Source of the DNA: Spizellomyces punctatus DAOM BR117
Taxonomy: Eukaryota
Direction: 5' to 3' (one strand)
NCBI GenBank assembly: GCA_000182565.2
Contig: KQ257450.1
Length of the DNA: 64,000 bases
The notes under the pieces are model-generated. The model was not told where the DNA came from, ran no database searches, and saw only the letters and a list, made by a program, of their open reading frames with translations. Numbering within the stretch: position 1 is the stretch's first letter; every line of letters begins with the position of its first letter. The translations under genes and the position numbers were made by a program. This document shows, in pieces, positions 22,003 to 34,926 of this stretch.

Positions 22003-24606
22003 ATGGAGAAACCTCTACCTGCACCTCCTCTTATCACTACGACTGCTGCTGTACAAGTAGAGCGACCTGTGATCAAGCAACGTGTGACATCCTTGCCCAG
22101 CGGTGGCCTGGTGGCCATATCTCAGCCGGAAAATGACAACCCTCTCCCTCCGCCTTCTCCAGGGTTAAGTCACAGCTCCCTTCAGTCCCTGAGTGACGAC
22201 GATGCCGTGTCGAGTGAAGAGGACGATATTGCACATATGCCGATTGGGAGTCAGGGGGAACTACAAGATGGATCTTCTCAAGAAGAGCTAAATGGTGTAG
22301 AGGACAAAGAGATATTGAACGAGGAACCTACGAGCGACGCCCATGAATTAATGCCTGCAGGAGAAGTAACTGAAGATCCAAGAAGCGACACTGGTGATTC
22401 AGAAACTGCAAGAGACGTCCTCCCAGGCGTCCCCCCACCCGACCATGTTCCATCACATGCCGCAGATCCCACAGCTCCACGTCCACCTGTCCGGATGTAT
22501 AGACCATTGCCAATTCCACCTGACGCCCGACCCATGAATCCGCATATGCATGCGCCGGGTGCTCATCCTATGACAGTAAGTATACAGAAAGCGAGCATGG
22601 GTCATTTTTCCGATGAAATATACTAATACTGGGACCCTGGAATAGACTTTCCCTCCACATCAACAAGCAATGAATGCTCCGTCACCCGTGGCCCACCCAT
22701 TTTCCCCAGGTCAACATCCTGGCTTCTATCCTTCCGGTCGGCCCTTACCACCACCACCTTTGGGCTGGCATGGCAGTCATCCTCATGCATACTCTCCACG
22801 ACCATATCCACATCAACCACATTTTGGCCGTCCCAGTGGATTTCCGGCTCCGCCTGGTCCTCACATGCACTTTCACCATCCCCATGATTCTGCTCGCCCT
22901 ATCCACCATGGCCAACATACTGGTCGTCCATTCCACCATCATCATGATACAAGTCGCCCTTTGCAGCATCCCCAAGATGCCGCATTTCGTCATCCTCAGG
23001 TTCCGCCTCAAGCACCGTCACTGCGAGCGCCGAGCCCACCATCCGACTCAGTTCCGCGATCCTCTTTTGAGGACAATGAAGACACGAGCACCTTATCAAG
23101 TTCTCTCTCAGGTCTTGACGTGAGCTCAAACGTTTCGGGGACAGATTCTGAAAATGCCCCCAGACCAACGTTTCGAAAATTGACCTTGAAACGACAAAAG
23201 GAAGCAAACAGGGCATCTGTGATGAAAGTATCGTTTGACCAGACGATTGCAATGTATAGAGAAAATGCATTGAAGAGCGGGGATAGCAGACTCAAGTACG
23301 AGTTTGCAAAGTAAGTGACCATCTTCTCCAAATTTGGCGTGCGACTTAGTTTCTGATTTTTGGCTTGTAGATTTTGTATTGAGGAGAGTGCAAAGTTAAC
23401 TGATTCAAAATCAAAAGAGATGGTACGGGCCGCATCTTTCCTCTTCTATGATACGATTCTATTCACTTATACGATCTGATTTTTAGATCATGGATGAAGC
23501 CTTCGCATTACTAAAGGAGCTTTCCAAATCAGGCAATCCGGATGCAATGGTAAGGATCGCAGAGAACGTGGTTATTCTGAGGCGTCGATCTTACTCCAAC
23601 TTATAAAGTACACACTGGGACAAGCCTACCTTGACGACCAAAAGTACGCTCTCGCGCATGCGCAACTAGTGCAAGCAGCAAAACGCTCGCACGCCGGAGC
23701 CTGCTACCTTGTCGCCAAATGCTCAGAAAAAGGCCTCGGCACCAAAAAATCCAATCGTGTGTCACTGGACTTTTACAACAAGGCTGCCCAAGCAGGGTTC
23801 AAACCCGCCTTGTATCGTCTAGGCATGATTGAATTGCGAGGGGAACTAGGGATAAAACGGGACGTGAGGAAGGCGGTCATGTGGCTGAAAAGAGGAGCTG
23901 CCGTCGCTGACAAAGAACATCCACAACCGCTTTTCCAACTCGCCCTCATATTTGAAGCCGGCGTACCACCTCATATTCAACAAGATGAAGGCTATGCCCG
24001 AGGATTACTCATTGAAGCCGCAGGATTGGACTATGCCCCAGCTCAATACAAACTCGGCTGCTGTTACGAGTTTGCTAGAGTCGGATGTCCCCGTGATCTG
24101 GTATGTATCTCATTAGAGCCATTTCCCTTAACCCCCTGTTATTAACTCTTTTCGTATCCAGCGAGAGGCTATCTATTGGTACCGAAAGGCTGCAGAAAAC
24201 GGGGACACGGATGCAGCGTTTGCTTTGGCGGGCTGGTACCTTCAAGGCTGTGAGGTAAGCAGATCGGAATCACTCATTTTCTCTAAACAGGAATAGCAAT
24301 GCTCACACGTTTGTATCCCTCCAGGGCGTTCTAGAGCAAAACGATCACGAAGCTTACTCTTGGACTTATAAAGCTGCCTTGAAGGATCACGCAAAAGCAC
24401 AGTACGCCATTGGGTACTTTTGTGAGACAGGCATTGGCTGCACGCAAAACATGGAAAAGGCTGTACGGTGGTATCGTCTGTCCGCGAGACTGGGCGATGA
24501 ACGGGCGTTGGCGAAAGTTGGACATGAGGCTCCTAGTGCAACGTCATCTGTGTCTTCGGCAACGAAGGAAGGAAAGGGACTTTTTGGGTTTCTGGGCAAG
24601 AAGTAA
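22003..24606 (+). CDS. Sel1-repeat protein, Chs4/Skt5-like chitin synthase activator family
   Basis: Pro/His-rich N-terminus, YRENALKSGD, then several SEL1 repeats (AQYKLGCCYE, AQYAIGYFCETGIG, AVRWYRLSARLG); multi-exon. Confidence 0.8.
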
Positions 24607-24739
24607 TATTATTTCATCATAGACAAATGATTTGTATCATTCCTGCTGTTGAGTTCTTGTCTAAGTGTCAGATAGATGGCCCGAGAGGAAGCTAATCTAA
24701 GGTCAGCTCAAAAACAAAAAAACGAGTCAGGACCATTAA

Positions 24740-24811
24740 TGGAGGTTGCGGGGCTCGATCCCGCGGCCTTCCGCATGCAAAGCGGACGATCTACCACTGA
24801 TCTAAACCCCC
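24740..24811 (-). tRNA. tRNA-Ala(UGC), copy 1
   Basis: 72-nt cloverleaf GGGGGTTTAGATCAGTGGTAGATCGTCCGCTTTGCATGCGGAAGGCCGCGGGATCGAGCCCCGCAACCTCCA; anticodon TGC; G3:U70 Ala identity pair; oligo-T downstream. Confidence 0.96.
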
Positions 24812-24924
24812 GACGCTAATCTCTGCGCTAGCTCTTCCTCAATAAAATATCCGAACGCCCGTCCAGGGCTCCCTTTCTCATTGCACACCTTTTGTAGAGT
24901 TTCAGGAATGCCTCCCCGACCACC

Positions 24925-25832
24925 ATGACCATCGTCTCAAAAAACCGTCTAAAGGTGAGCATCCACAGCCCAGAGATCCTCTTGCAAACCACCCTGCTCA
25001 CTACCCATGTAGAACGTCTCACACTCCCGACCCATCATCTACGGCTCCTACGCCGCCCTCTTAAAAACCGGCGAAAAACGCGCTGACCCCTCCCACACAC
25101 ACAAATGGACCGTGTACGTCAAAGGAATCCAGAACGAAGATCTCGCAGTGTTTATCAAGAAGGTATCATTTAAATTGCACGAGAGTTTTGAGAACCCTTT
25201 ACGAGGTACGCTATGTTATCGTGCGCATCCGTCTGATCACCCACCTATATATTGACTTTGTTAATAGTCATTGAAGCCCCGCCTTTTGAAGTACACGAGA
25301 CGGGATGGGGCGAGTTCGACATTGCCATCAAGATATACATCCACGAAGAACTCGAGTCAGTGAAACACATTCAATTGCATCATACCCTCCAATTATACCC
25401 AAAGGAAGACGCTGCAACCGCATCAAATAAGCCAGTCGTATCTGAGCATTATGAGGAGATTGTATGTTTGCGGTTGAACCATTATTGTGAATGAGGTCTT
25501 ATTTGTTGTCTCGTTGGTAGGTGTTTAATGAACCGACTGAAGAAACGTACAATAAACTATCGGCAAACCCACCGCCGATGCTAACTGGCGCCAAGCGGGA
25601 AAAAGTTACTCATAGTTTCAGTAAGTAACAGAATCCTGTCTTGTTGCTGTTTAGAAAGTGGAATCTTATTGTTCATTCCCTGGCAGCGCCGCACGCCGAG
25701 CAAGAGGAGCTCAAAAGTTTGAGAGAAGCAAATGAAAAAGTCCTGCAACAACTAGAGAATGAGAAGACTCGTTTGCAGGCTGCAGAGGATGAGCTGGAAA
25801 CTTTGAAACGACTGGTGGGGGATGACGTTTGA
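24925..25832 (+). CDS. YAF9: YEATS-domain protein Yaf9/GAS41 (NuA4/SWR1 subunit)
   Basis: [54 protein letters not shown]-terminal coiled coil. Confidence 0.93.
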
Positions 25833-26134
25833 CAAGATGTTCTTGCTACGATCAGTCCTGCGGTATGGGCAAGTGCGGTTTGATTACCAGTGTACATATA
25901 CATAGCATTTTCCGCCTATGCAAACATACATATATAGCAGTCGTCATCACAATGGCGCGCAGGCTATCTGTGAAAGCTTTATCAAACCTCTAATTTCAGG
26001 AGCAACAAACATTTCTCGCTTGCAAAAAAAAAAAAAAAAAAAAAAACAAAATATAACCTGAGACATCAACTGGACGCAGGCGAGTTTGTAAGCCAGCCTC
26101 CTTTTGCCATTCCTCACAAGCAACATCAGCCTAT

Positions 26135-27133
26135 TCACTTCCCAACCTCCAACCCCAACCTTGTTCGCACACCCTCCAGCACCTTCTTGACACGCGCCAG
26201 TGCACTTTCCGCATGGCCCTTCCCCGCTATAACTCTGCAATCACCAGAAGTGTATGGCGGAACAATTTCGATTTCGTCCATAACGATTATGGAGCGTTTA
26301 CGCCACGTTGTTGGCAGCGTTTTAGAAAGGTTGTCAAAGATGTCCTGTGAGAAGGACGTAACGTCAGTACAAAGATGGACAGCCGTGGCAATGGGGTGGA
26401 TACATGACATTACCTGCGCCTCCGCCGGGACTCCCACACCTATCCTCGCAACAGCCGCATGTTCACGGGCAACTAGCTTATCGAGAGGGACCTGACCCAC
26501 CGGTACCAACAATGGAAGGGGCTGCGGAACCTTGCTCTGCTTTCCCTTTCGACCGTTCTCGCCGTCCAGTTCGTCGTCTCCCAAACGTGCAAGAGGCTCC
26601 ACTTCCTTAATGTGGTTCAGCTTCACAACATGGAAATCAAACTTGAGTGCTCCATTCTGGATGCTTGAACCGTTTGCCATCGCAGAAGAGGTATAGGCAG
26701 AAGAAGCGGATGATGATGGTTTCTTTGGCGGCGGTGGGGAAGACGAGGAAGACCGGGAGGCGGCAGCTGCTGCGGCGGCGGCAAAGCTCAAGGGCCTGCC
26801 GTTTGACTTGGGCGCAGCTGCAGGTGTAGGTGACGTCTCACTGGCAGACTGACTTGGCTTTCCAGGTTCAGGTGAGGCACTCGGTTCCGACGACAAGGCT
26901 TGCAAAACCATTACTCCCAGAACAGTATCATATGCATATATTAGCCCTTCATACACATCCTCATTGAGCGTCACAAGCCGAACCCAGATGCCGACTGCAC
27001 CAGAGGGATCCAGACCGACCAAACTGCTTGAGTCGGGAACGGACGTTGCGGCTTCAGAAGATGGTGTAGCGGGCTCATCATCCTGATGAATCATTTCATC
27101 AATGATCGTTGGAGCTGCAGCTCCGCTGGCCAT
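26135..27133 (-). CDS. LSM12: LSM12-like protein (Lsm domain plus AD domain)
   Basis: Lsm-like VRLVTLNEDVYEGLIYAYD; RIGVGVPAEAQ/DIFDNLSKTLPTTW..SIIVMDEIEIVPPYT; in-frame 69-nt intron 26345-26413. Confidence 0.85.
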   Translation of the reverse strand: MASGAAAPTIIDEMIHQDDEPATPSSEAATSVPDSSSLVGLDPSGAVGIWVRLVTLNEDVYEGLIYAYDTVLGVMVLQALSSEPSASPEPGKPSQSASETSPTPAAAPKSNGRPLSFAAAAAAAASRSSSSSPPPPKKPSSSASSAYTSSAMANGSSIQNGALKFDFHVVKLNHIKEVEPLARLGDDELDGENGRKGKQSKVPQPLPLLVPVGQVPLDKLVAREHAAVARIGVGVPAEAQVMSCIHPIATAVHLCTDVTSFSQDIFDNLSKTLPTTWRKRSIIVMDEIEIVPPYTSGDCRVIAGKGHAESALARVKKVLEGVRTRLGLEVGK

Positions 27134-28027
27134 GGTTCAGCGCGAGGTCACCAGGCTCTGAGAGAGAGAGACACAGAGACCGAGGAATACAAAGAACGGA
27201 TGGGCTAGCCAATCCAGACGCGATAAATGAGGGAGATCGTTGCTTGGATAGGGAGAATTCCCAGCTGTTCAAAGATCTTCCGCCAATAGCGTTGTAGTAA
27301 CACACCGAACTGGTCCCAGGGTACACTTGCAGCGGTTACAGTCTACCACAAAATCCTGAACGTGCGCCGTATACAGGAAAAACACACAAGTGATGGGATT
27401 GGACCAAGGCGCCGGCGACGTCAGTCAGTCATCCACCCGATATGTATCTCCTTCTTCCCCACTCCGTCCTAGTCACAGCGTTCTTGACTCGATACGGACG
27501 AGGTCTACTTCTGACCAGAGATGTGCTGTAGATCCCCTCTGTCGTCAAACTCACTGGAACACGCCTACTTAGGGCAGGCTCATATAATCCCCAAACGGCA
27601 GCGGGGAGTCCGCATATTAGGCGCGCCTTGTTGCCATGGCTTGCGGCATTATGTAAGTGGACCTCCACAGCGCTGACCCCATTGATGAAGGAAAGTCCCA
27701 AGTTTACTGAAGGGGACGAACAATAAAGGTGAAGAACATATTCAGGACACAAATAGGATGCGTCGGTGATGTAGAGCTCATGATATAAATTGGTAAAAAT
27801 GCAAGCAGTAGGAATCATCTATGCATATATAGCAGCAGGCTTCAATGCCAAGGAAACCATCCAATACTACTCTATAGATTCTCCATGTTTGACTGCGTCC
27901 ATTCCAGAAACAATGTCTGATGCCCGCCAAGGGTAAACTTGTACCTCACTTTCCCTGGTCAATTTGGTCAGGCATTCTATGTAACTATTAATGATTTCGA
28001 TATTTACATCCGTTCATCCCATGATCA

Positions 28028-29689
28028 CTATGTACTGAGCTTTGCCGCCAAGTCGCATCCGATTCTAAATGACCCCACTAGAGCTCCTAGCTGGATCTTC
28101 TCCGAACAGCTTGTTGATAAGTTGTACCTAAAGATGATAGGTGAGGTGGGTCGAGACTTTTCGTCAGTACACGGCGTACTCACTCTATCTCTGCCATTTT
28201 ATCCAAAAGAACGATTCGAACAGGTGGTGGCAGCTCAGTCACAGCCACAACGTCGTGCAATTCCGTAATAATATCCGCCAATGCCAGACCTTTCGTAATC
28301 CGCAACTGCTGAATGTCTAGGAAGATGACTTAGTGATAGCTCTTGGACACAGTCTCATTTTGCGGACGTACTTTCATAAGCAGTCGCAAAATCAGAATTC
28401 AGTAGCCACTCAGCAATTTGGTTAATGTCGGCGGGAAGAGGAGATCCTGTGCACAAATACACAGCTTGCTCTGTAACTGGTGAAAATGCTGCATGGGTGG
28501 CCTGTCCGAGCCGTAAGGCAGGATCTGTCAGGAGAGGTCGATTGGATCCAAATACAGCTGCGATTTCAATACCTGAAGTATGTTCAGAGCCCGTCGCATG
28601 TCACCCAACGATAGTTTCAGTAGAGCTTGTCGACCATCATCCGTAATATCAATGCTAGAGGAAGCAGCGAGTGCAATGTCAACAAAGACGGAACAGATTG
28701 ACTTCGCAATACACGACCACATACCCTTCTGCTCCAATGACATAATCTAGCCGCGTCTTTATTTGGTCCTCCTTCAGAGGAGAGAAGCGGAATCGAGTAC
28801 ACCGCGATTGGAGAGCAGGTATAATCTTTCCTACGTAGTTGCATATAATGCAGAACCTGACGTTGCGGGTGTACTTCTCAATAACTAGTTTGACACCACT
28901 ATTGTAAGCCCTGACTCGTTCATCAAAGATTAACCAACTTCCTTACTTCGTCGCAAAGCATTCTGCGCCACTTGTGTCATTGCATCCGCCTCATCTAGAA
29001 TAATGAGCTTAAACCCTGAACTGGGTTGGACAGCGTTGTGGTTGGCAATTATTTGAACACTAACTCAACCGCGAGAGAAGCATACCTAAAGATCTTCTTA
29101 GTACTGGCAAAGGTCTTGATTTGCTCCCGCACAACATCAATACCGCGCTCGTCGGAAGCGTTAAGCTGAATATAGGGACATCAGTTTCATGCATTTACGT
29201 ATTGGCCACAATAGGATATTGCGTGGCCTGCGTACCTCCAACATCATGGATTTGTATCGAGGCCCATAAAGCTTCCTAGCGCAAGCAAGAATGGTAGATG
29301 TTTTCCCAGTGCCCGGAGGTCCGTAAAATAGTAGGTGTGGAAGTCGGTTTTCGTCAATGAAACGAGATACTACGTATGAATGGCGATGAATATACGGCAT
29401 TTTTAGAACCATGATTAGATCATATACATACTAGTACTAATTATATCCTTATGAGAAATCAGGTCATCAAGGCTCGCCGGTCGGTACTTTTCTACCCTTT
29501 AGAATACCAAGAATTGGTGATTGAGAACTAGTGGATAAAATACTACTCCTTTTGAAAGTCCGAAGCTCACCAAGGCAGGTTATCTCGTTCTTGACCCAAG
29601 CTCGATATCACAGCCTTCCCTTTGCCTTTCATCCCACCTGGTTTTGATAAAACCGGGGGCGTATCCACGTCCATAGGATCTCCCATCAT
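28028..29689 (-). CDS. RFC3: Replication factor C small subunit (yeast Rfc3 / human RFC5)
   Basis: NLPW/VEKYRP, LPHLLFYGPPGTGKTST, LNASDERGIDVVR, ILDEADAMT, SRCTRFRF, GDMRRALNILQ; C-terminal EKIQLGALVGSF. Confidence 0.93.
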
Positions 29690-29889
29690 TGCTAAAGTCG
29701 CTCTGAGATCACAAACCGTTGGAAATCCCAGCGATGTCCGATCGGGAGTTTCCACGTGATCAACATTAATGCTATTCACATTCTAACCTATCGGCCTCAT
29801 GGGGGTTGCCCGTCAACTACTTTACTTGCATCACTTTTAAAAAAGCTAGTCGAGTAATGTCTGCAGGGAGGTTTTACAGTGCATATTAT

Positions 29890-30413
29890 ATGCGCTCTTC
29901 CTTATCCCCTTTACTCCGTTCTCCAAGATTTGGAAGATGTCGTCCTTTCGCAACGTCTAGCACGACGCCCCGTGGTTGGCGAAAGTATGCCGGCTACTTC
30001 CGTGACCATCCAGGTTCTCATTTGGTCTCCTTTGCCCTCCTCCACGAGCTTACAGCCGTCCTCCCCCTGCCGATCATTTATTTGCTCCTGTCCACTTATG
30101 ATCTCCCCATACCCTTCCCTGAAGCGGTACTAGCAGAGGGAAATAAGAGAATGAGCAGAATGCTGGCAACTTTCGGTTGGGGCCCAATAGAGGAGGGAAG
30201 CCAAGTCATGCTTCATATGGCAACAAGCTATGCACTTGTCAAAGCGGCTATGCCATTGCGCATTGGATTGTGTTTCTTCATGACGCCGTGGTTTGCAAGG
30301 TGTGTACCAATCACTGATAACCACTTCCCGGTCAGGTTGCTTAATGGTAGCATTACTGCAGAGTCGCGGTCGTGCCTGTGCAGAATTTGGTGAAGCGTAT
30401 CAAGACATGGTAA
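29890..30413 (+). CDS. MRX11: Mrx11-like small mitochondrial membrane protein
   Basis: Presequence-like N-terminus; SHLVSFALLHELTAVLPL and ATSYALVKAAMPLRIGLCFFMTPWFAR; one intron near 30300-30361. Confidence 0.75.
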
Positions 30414-30548
30414 AAACCATCTAATCTCTTACTGCCGATATCAACAGTATTATCCCTACCCAAAACAAAATTACAGTTTGTGCTATACACAGACAAATGA
30501 TACTGTACAATCAATCGTAATACCTATATACCAACTAGTACTGATACT

Positions 30549-31725
30549 CTAATACTGCTCATGAGAAGACTCCTTCCAGGGAATTGAGAGCTGGGATGCG
30601 GTCAAGATGACATGTGGATACTGCTTTTGCCATCTATCCGTACACCCGTGCAGATCCGGGCACTGATTTATAACAAGATCTGAAAGGCTGGTGCAGTTTT
30701 CCAATATATCTGCAACGAGGGTAGGACGAAGACGTCTGAATCTAGATGGCCAAAAGAGAGTGGGCGTTAGTGGTACCCTTTGTTGGAAGGTTCGTAAGAC
30801 GAGCTTGAGCTTACCGAAAGATGCCAGAAATGTCCAGCCAACGAAGTCTCTTTTGGCAATGTTGAGCGACTCCTTGTAGTCCCTCCCACTTTACGCTTGA
30901 AAACGAGAGATCTACTTTCGTGAGCTCAGGGAGCTTGGCCAATGCTTCAGCAAAAATAGAGTCGCCAAACTGGCACCCAGAAAGACAAAGATAGGACAAG
31001 TGTGTGCAACGATGCGAGATCATGAGCAGTAAAGGAGAGACAAATCTATGTTCCCATACTCCGTAAGGTAAAGAGCTCTCGAGAAGGCTGGCAGCGATAG
31101 CCACGCTATTTGGGAGCGCTGCAGGCTGTAGAGTCGGGGAGGCAGGTGCGGAACTCGATGGTGTGCCAGGGGCGGATGAGTTTGGGGTTGGAGTAGGGGT
31201 AAATGTGGGTACAGAGGCGGTAGGTGCCGATCGGAAGCCGAAATCAATGCCCTTAACCAAGATAGCCAGGTCAGGCACAAAGTGACCGTTATATGCTTTC
31301 GTCGACGGTAGTGACAGCTCCGGTATCTCAGCAGCCGGTGCAATAGGACTTGTGGAGTGATGATCTTCGTCGATAGCGATTGCTTGCAGCTTCCCAGTTA
31401 TCCAACGCATTTCAACGGCCAGCTCTGCATTTTTGGTCCCACAGAGCTTGGCAGCAAAAGAATTGCGCTGTCGAATCGACGTAAATACAATACACTTGTA
31501 CAGGGCGCGTACAGCAATCGCATGCCATGCTTTGGAAACCGTCAAAAGAGGATAAATGTCACCCGTCTTTTCAAGGTGTGCAACAACGAGTTCCCAGATC
31601 TCTGTAGGAATTGGTCTTGAAGGCGCCCGCCGGCTTGCAGGATGACTGCATGACACAAGTTTGCGTGAGGAAGGAGGTGTAGGAGGAGGAGTCAGAAGAT
31701 GAGCTGCACTGAATCTTCCAGTCAT
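30549..31725 (-). CDS. F-box / leucine-rich repeat protein
   Basis: F-box IPTEIWELVVAHL...LLTVSKAWHAIAVRALY; LRR units RCTHLSYLCLSGC, LTKVDLSFS, LRWLDISG. Confidence 0.8.
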
Positions 31726-32403
31726 TGTGATGGCGAAAAATGTTGAAAATGAGATGGGCAAAAGTTGATGCCCAGAAGCTCTTTGCAAATCCAAAGCGCT
31801 GTCATCGGGCGGTGTGCCGTTTTCATTTATCTATAAATAGATACATGGACGGTTGGCCAATCATTACTGAAGCCACGTGTTCCCGCCTCTCCTCCCACCA
31901 TCGGACTTTCCCCCGATCTCGCAAAAAGGAAACGGACTTTTGAAGCGCATGGACAGTTATCTGGTTGCCTAAAAACCGCACTTGACGTTGACGCACGGCC
32001 TGGTTCTACGCTCCGCACCATCGCCATTTCGACGGGTTAACGTCGCCGTACTGGCTTTGGAATCGTCGCAAAGACGGTGGACTGTTCGAAGCACTGGTAA
32101 GACAGTGATCTGTAGAACGTGAGCGAAACCACGTCCTCAAGCGAGGTCCAGCTCGCTTGCAACGACACTTGTTTGGAGTACTTTTTGGAGAGCTTTTGAT
32201 TGTCCAGAAGCACCTGGACTTGACTTCGACACCAACCCGAGCGATAGTCGAGCAATCTGAAACGTGGGGTGTACCGCTCCATTTGAACCCTTGCGTGTGA
32301 GTGTCCTTTGTGGGACATTCTTTGTTCGGATATTTGCAGACTGCTAAATCTATTCCGAAACGGAACTCAGACGAACGTGCGGTTGTCTTCCGCGAGTGGA
32401 GAC

Positions 32404-33816
32404 ATGTCTGCCATGTTATCGGCAAAGTCTCCCGCACAAGCGGAGCAGGGACCAGCAACCAACGGAGTACATCTAGGCTACAATTTAAGCGACTTTGCTC
32501 TGTTAAAAACTTTGGGTAAGTGAGCCCCGCCTTCCGTAACGTAAGTAATGGACGAGTTGTGACCCATCGGATACTTTGCGCTTGTCCGTGACATATATAG
32601 GCACTGGGACTTTTGGACGAGTATATCTCGCGAGATACAAGAACACGAACCAGTACTACGCCGTGAAGGTTTTGAAAAAGGTGGAGGTTGTCCGCCTAAA
32701 GCAGGTGGAACATATCAATTCCGAAAAGCAGATTTTGGCTCAGATCAAGTTCCCGTTTATCGTAAACATGTAAGTTTGGTCAAAAAAAAGTGGACTGGAA
32801 TATTGTCCAACCTTTCTCCTTTTCAAAGGCTCTGTACCTTCCAAGATGAGACGAATCTTTATATGCTGCTGGAGTACGTAGTTGGGGGAGAACTGTTCTC
32901 GCATCTCCGGAAGGCGGGAAAATTCAGCAACGACATGACACGATTCTATGCGGCGGAGATTGTTTTGGCAATAGAATACCTGCACAGTCTTAATATCATT
33001 TACCGTGACCTCAAACCAGAGAATCTGGTGAGAACCGTCGTGACTGGATTGCGGTATCTTCATTGCTGACCTTCGTTTATCTAGTTATTAGACGATAGAG
33101 GACACATCAAAATCACTGACTTTGGATTCGCGAAGAAGGTGGACGACAGGTTAGTTCTTTTTGCCTGAATCACCTCATGGATTGAAATTGACTCGCTAAT
33201 CGTTGTCCTTAGAACGTGGACTCTGTGTGGCACTCCGGAATATTTGGCTCCAGAAATTATTCATAGTAAAGGCCACGGTAAAGCGGTGGATTGGTGGGCG
33301 CTCGGCATTCTCATCTTTGAAATGCTTGCCGGCTACCCGCCTTTTTTCGATGACAACCCGTTCGGTATCTACGAAAAGATCCTTGCCGGCAGGATTGTCT
33401 TCCCAGCGCATTTTGACGCCAACGCAAAAGATTTAATCAAGCGATTACTCACAGCCGATAGGACAAAACGGCTAGGGAATCTAAAGGTATTGTGGGCTCG
33501 ACAGCAACTCACGTATATAGCACGCTCAAAATGCGTACGCATTACTAGGACGGATCAGAGGACATTAAGCGACACAAATGGTTCCGTGGCGTAGATTGGC
33601 AGGCACTTTTGAATAGGGCCGTTCAGGCGCCCATTGTTCCGGTGATATCGCATCCGGGCGATACGCGCAACTTTGAATCATATCCAGAGTTGATGGAAGA
33701 AGACCAGCAATTGCAGGGAGTGGATCCTTTCCGGAATTTGTTTAAAGTATATCATATCCGATTACTAGTGTTAGGCATTCTCTTTGATACTTACAGTCAT
33801 TTTCTAGGATTTTTAA
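32404..33816 (+). CDS. cAMP-dependent protein kinase catalytic subunit (PKA-C, PRKX/PkaB-like)
   Basis: [50 protein letters not shown]-terminal LFKDF* (FxxF); several short introns. Confidence 0.95.
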
Positions 33817-34926
33817 GAGCCGACAAATCTTGCTCCGTTCTTGCTTCATTTCAAGCCGAATGACGCGACGACTGTTGTCTGTGGGCTCTGTAGGATACTG
33901 AACAAGCGATGGTGCACAAGGGCAAAGGAAACAAGGCTGAACATTGTATTTAGGAGCGGCAAACCTTTTTCTTGAGTTGCCTTTTATCGTTTCTTTTATT
34001 TTATTTGTAGAGGATTGTTGCATATTTAAGAGACTATTGTTGAACAATGCGATCATCTCCCGTTGCAAAATATGAGGCGAGGATGGAATGGAAGAATAGT
34101 TAACTGTTTGGTCGGAAGAGGCCCAAGGAGATATATTAAGGCAGAGTATAAAGTGTAATTTAGATACGACACTGGTGGGAGACGTATATATTCCATGAAT
34201 CCTTTGCAATGCTGCGTCCAAAAAAAGAAAAAGGAATGTTAAATTACAGCTTCTGTTGATTTGGGAGACATTCTCTAGTGATGTGGCAGCGGGTACGAAA
34301 AGGGTTTGTCGTAGCAATTTCATCGCGGTTCAAAACGGCTCAGTTCAATGTCGTGCAGGCATACGGGAGGACGAGGATGGTGGTTGTAGCTCGCGGTAAA
34401 GGCGCCCAGCGGAGAAAAACACAATGTTCGTTAATATCTGCTGACCAGCGTAAGATGATGCAGAACGGCTTGGTCTTGATGACAATCTCCCGTAGAGCTA
34501 TTTGTAAACTCTAGACCACCATACATCTTTTCGATGATGTGGAAGACTTGTGTACAATAAATGGAGCAGGGGAAGCCGGCCCTTGTAGTCACTGCTGATG
34601 AAAAATCGCATGAAACGTCAATTAGTGGTGGAAAGGATCATAGGTTCTATGAGGGGGTTTCCGTTGCACAGTGATATGTAAGGCGGTACTGGGCAATGTC
34701 ATCCTGACGCCGCTGAGCACGAGCATTCATCTACTTCCGTATTATGCTATCTATGAGGCAATCATGTCGAGCAACTAGTTCCAAATGGGGTGATACAGCA
34801 ATCCCAGCGGTAAAAAGGGCACTAGACAAGTCAAAATGAAGGCCACTATTCGACTTTTGATGCGTGATTTGATTCTTGGAAGGGATTCTCACAAACATGC
34901 AGAAAAAATAAACTCATTATGCCACT

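Noticed and set aside
26024-26046. A23 tract as a retroposition tail
   Set aside because: Lies in the convergent YAF9/LSM12 3' region with no adjacent processed sequence or target-site duplication; simple homopolymer.
27390-27900. Short ORFs between LSM12 and RFC3
   Set aside because: No recognisable domain or consistent splice model; a small gene cannot be excluded.
33820-34920. ORFs of 60-193 aa between the PKA and TMA46 3' ends
   Set aside because: No motifs and no coding-like composition; probably UTR or intergenic.
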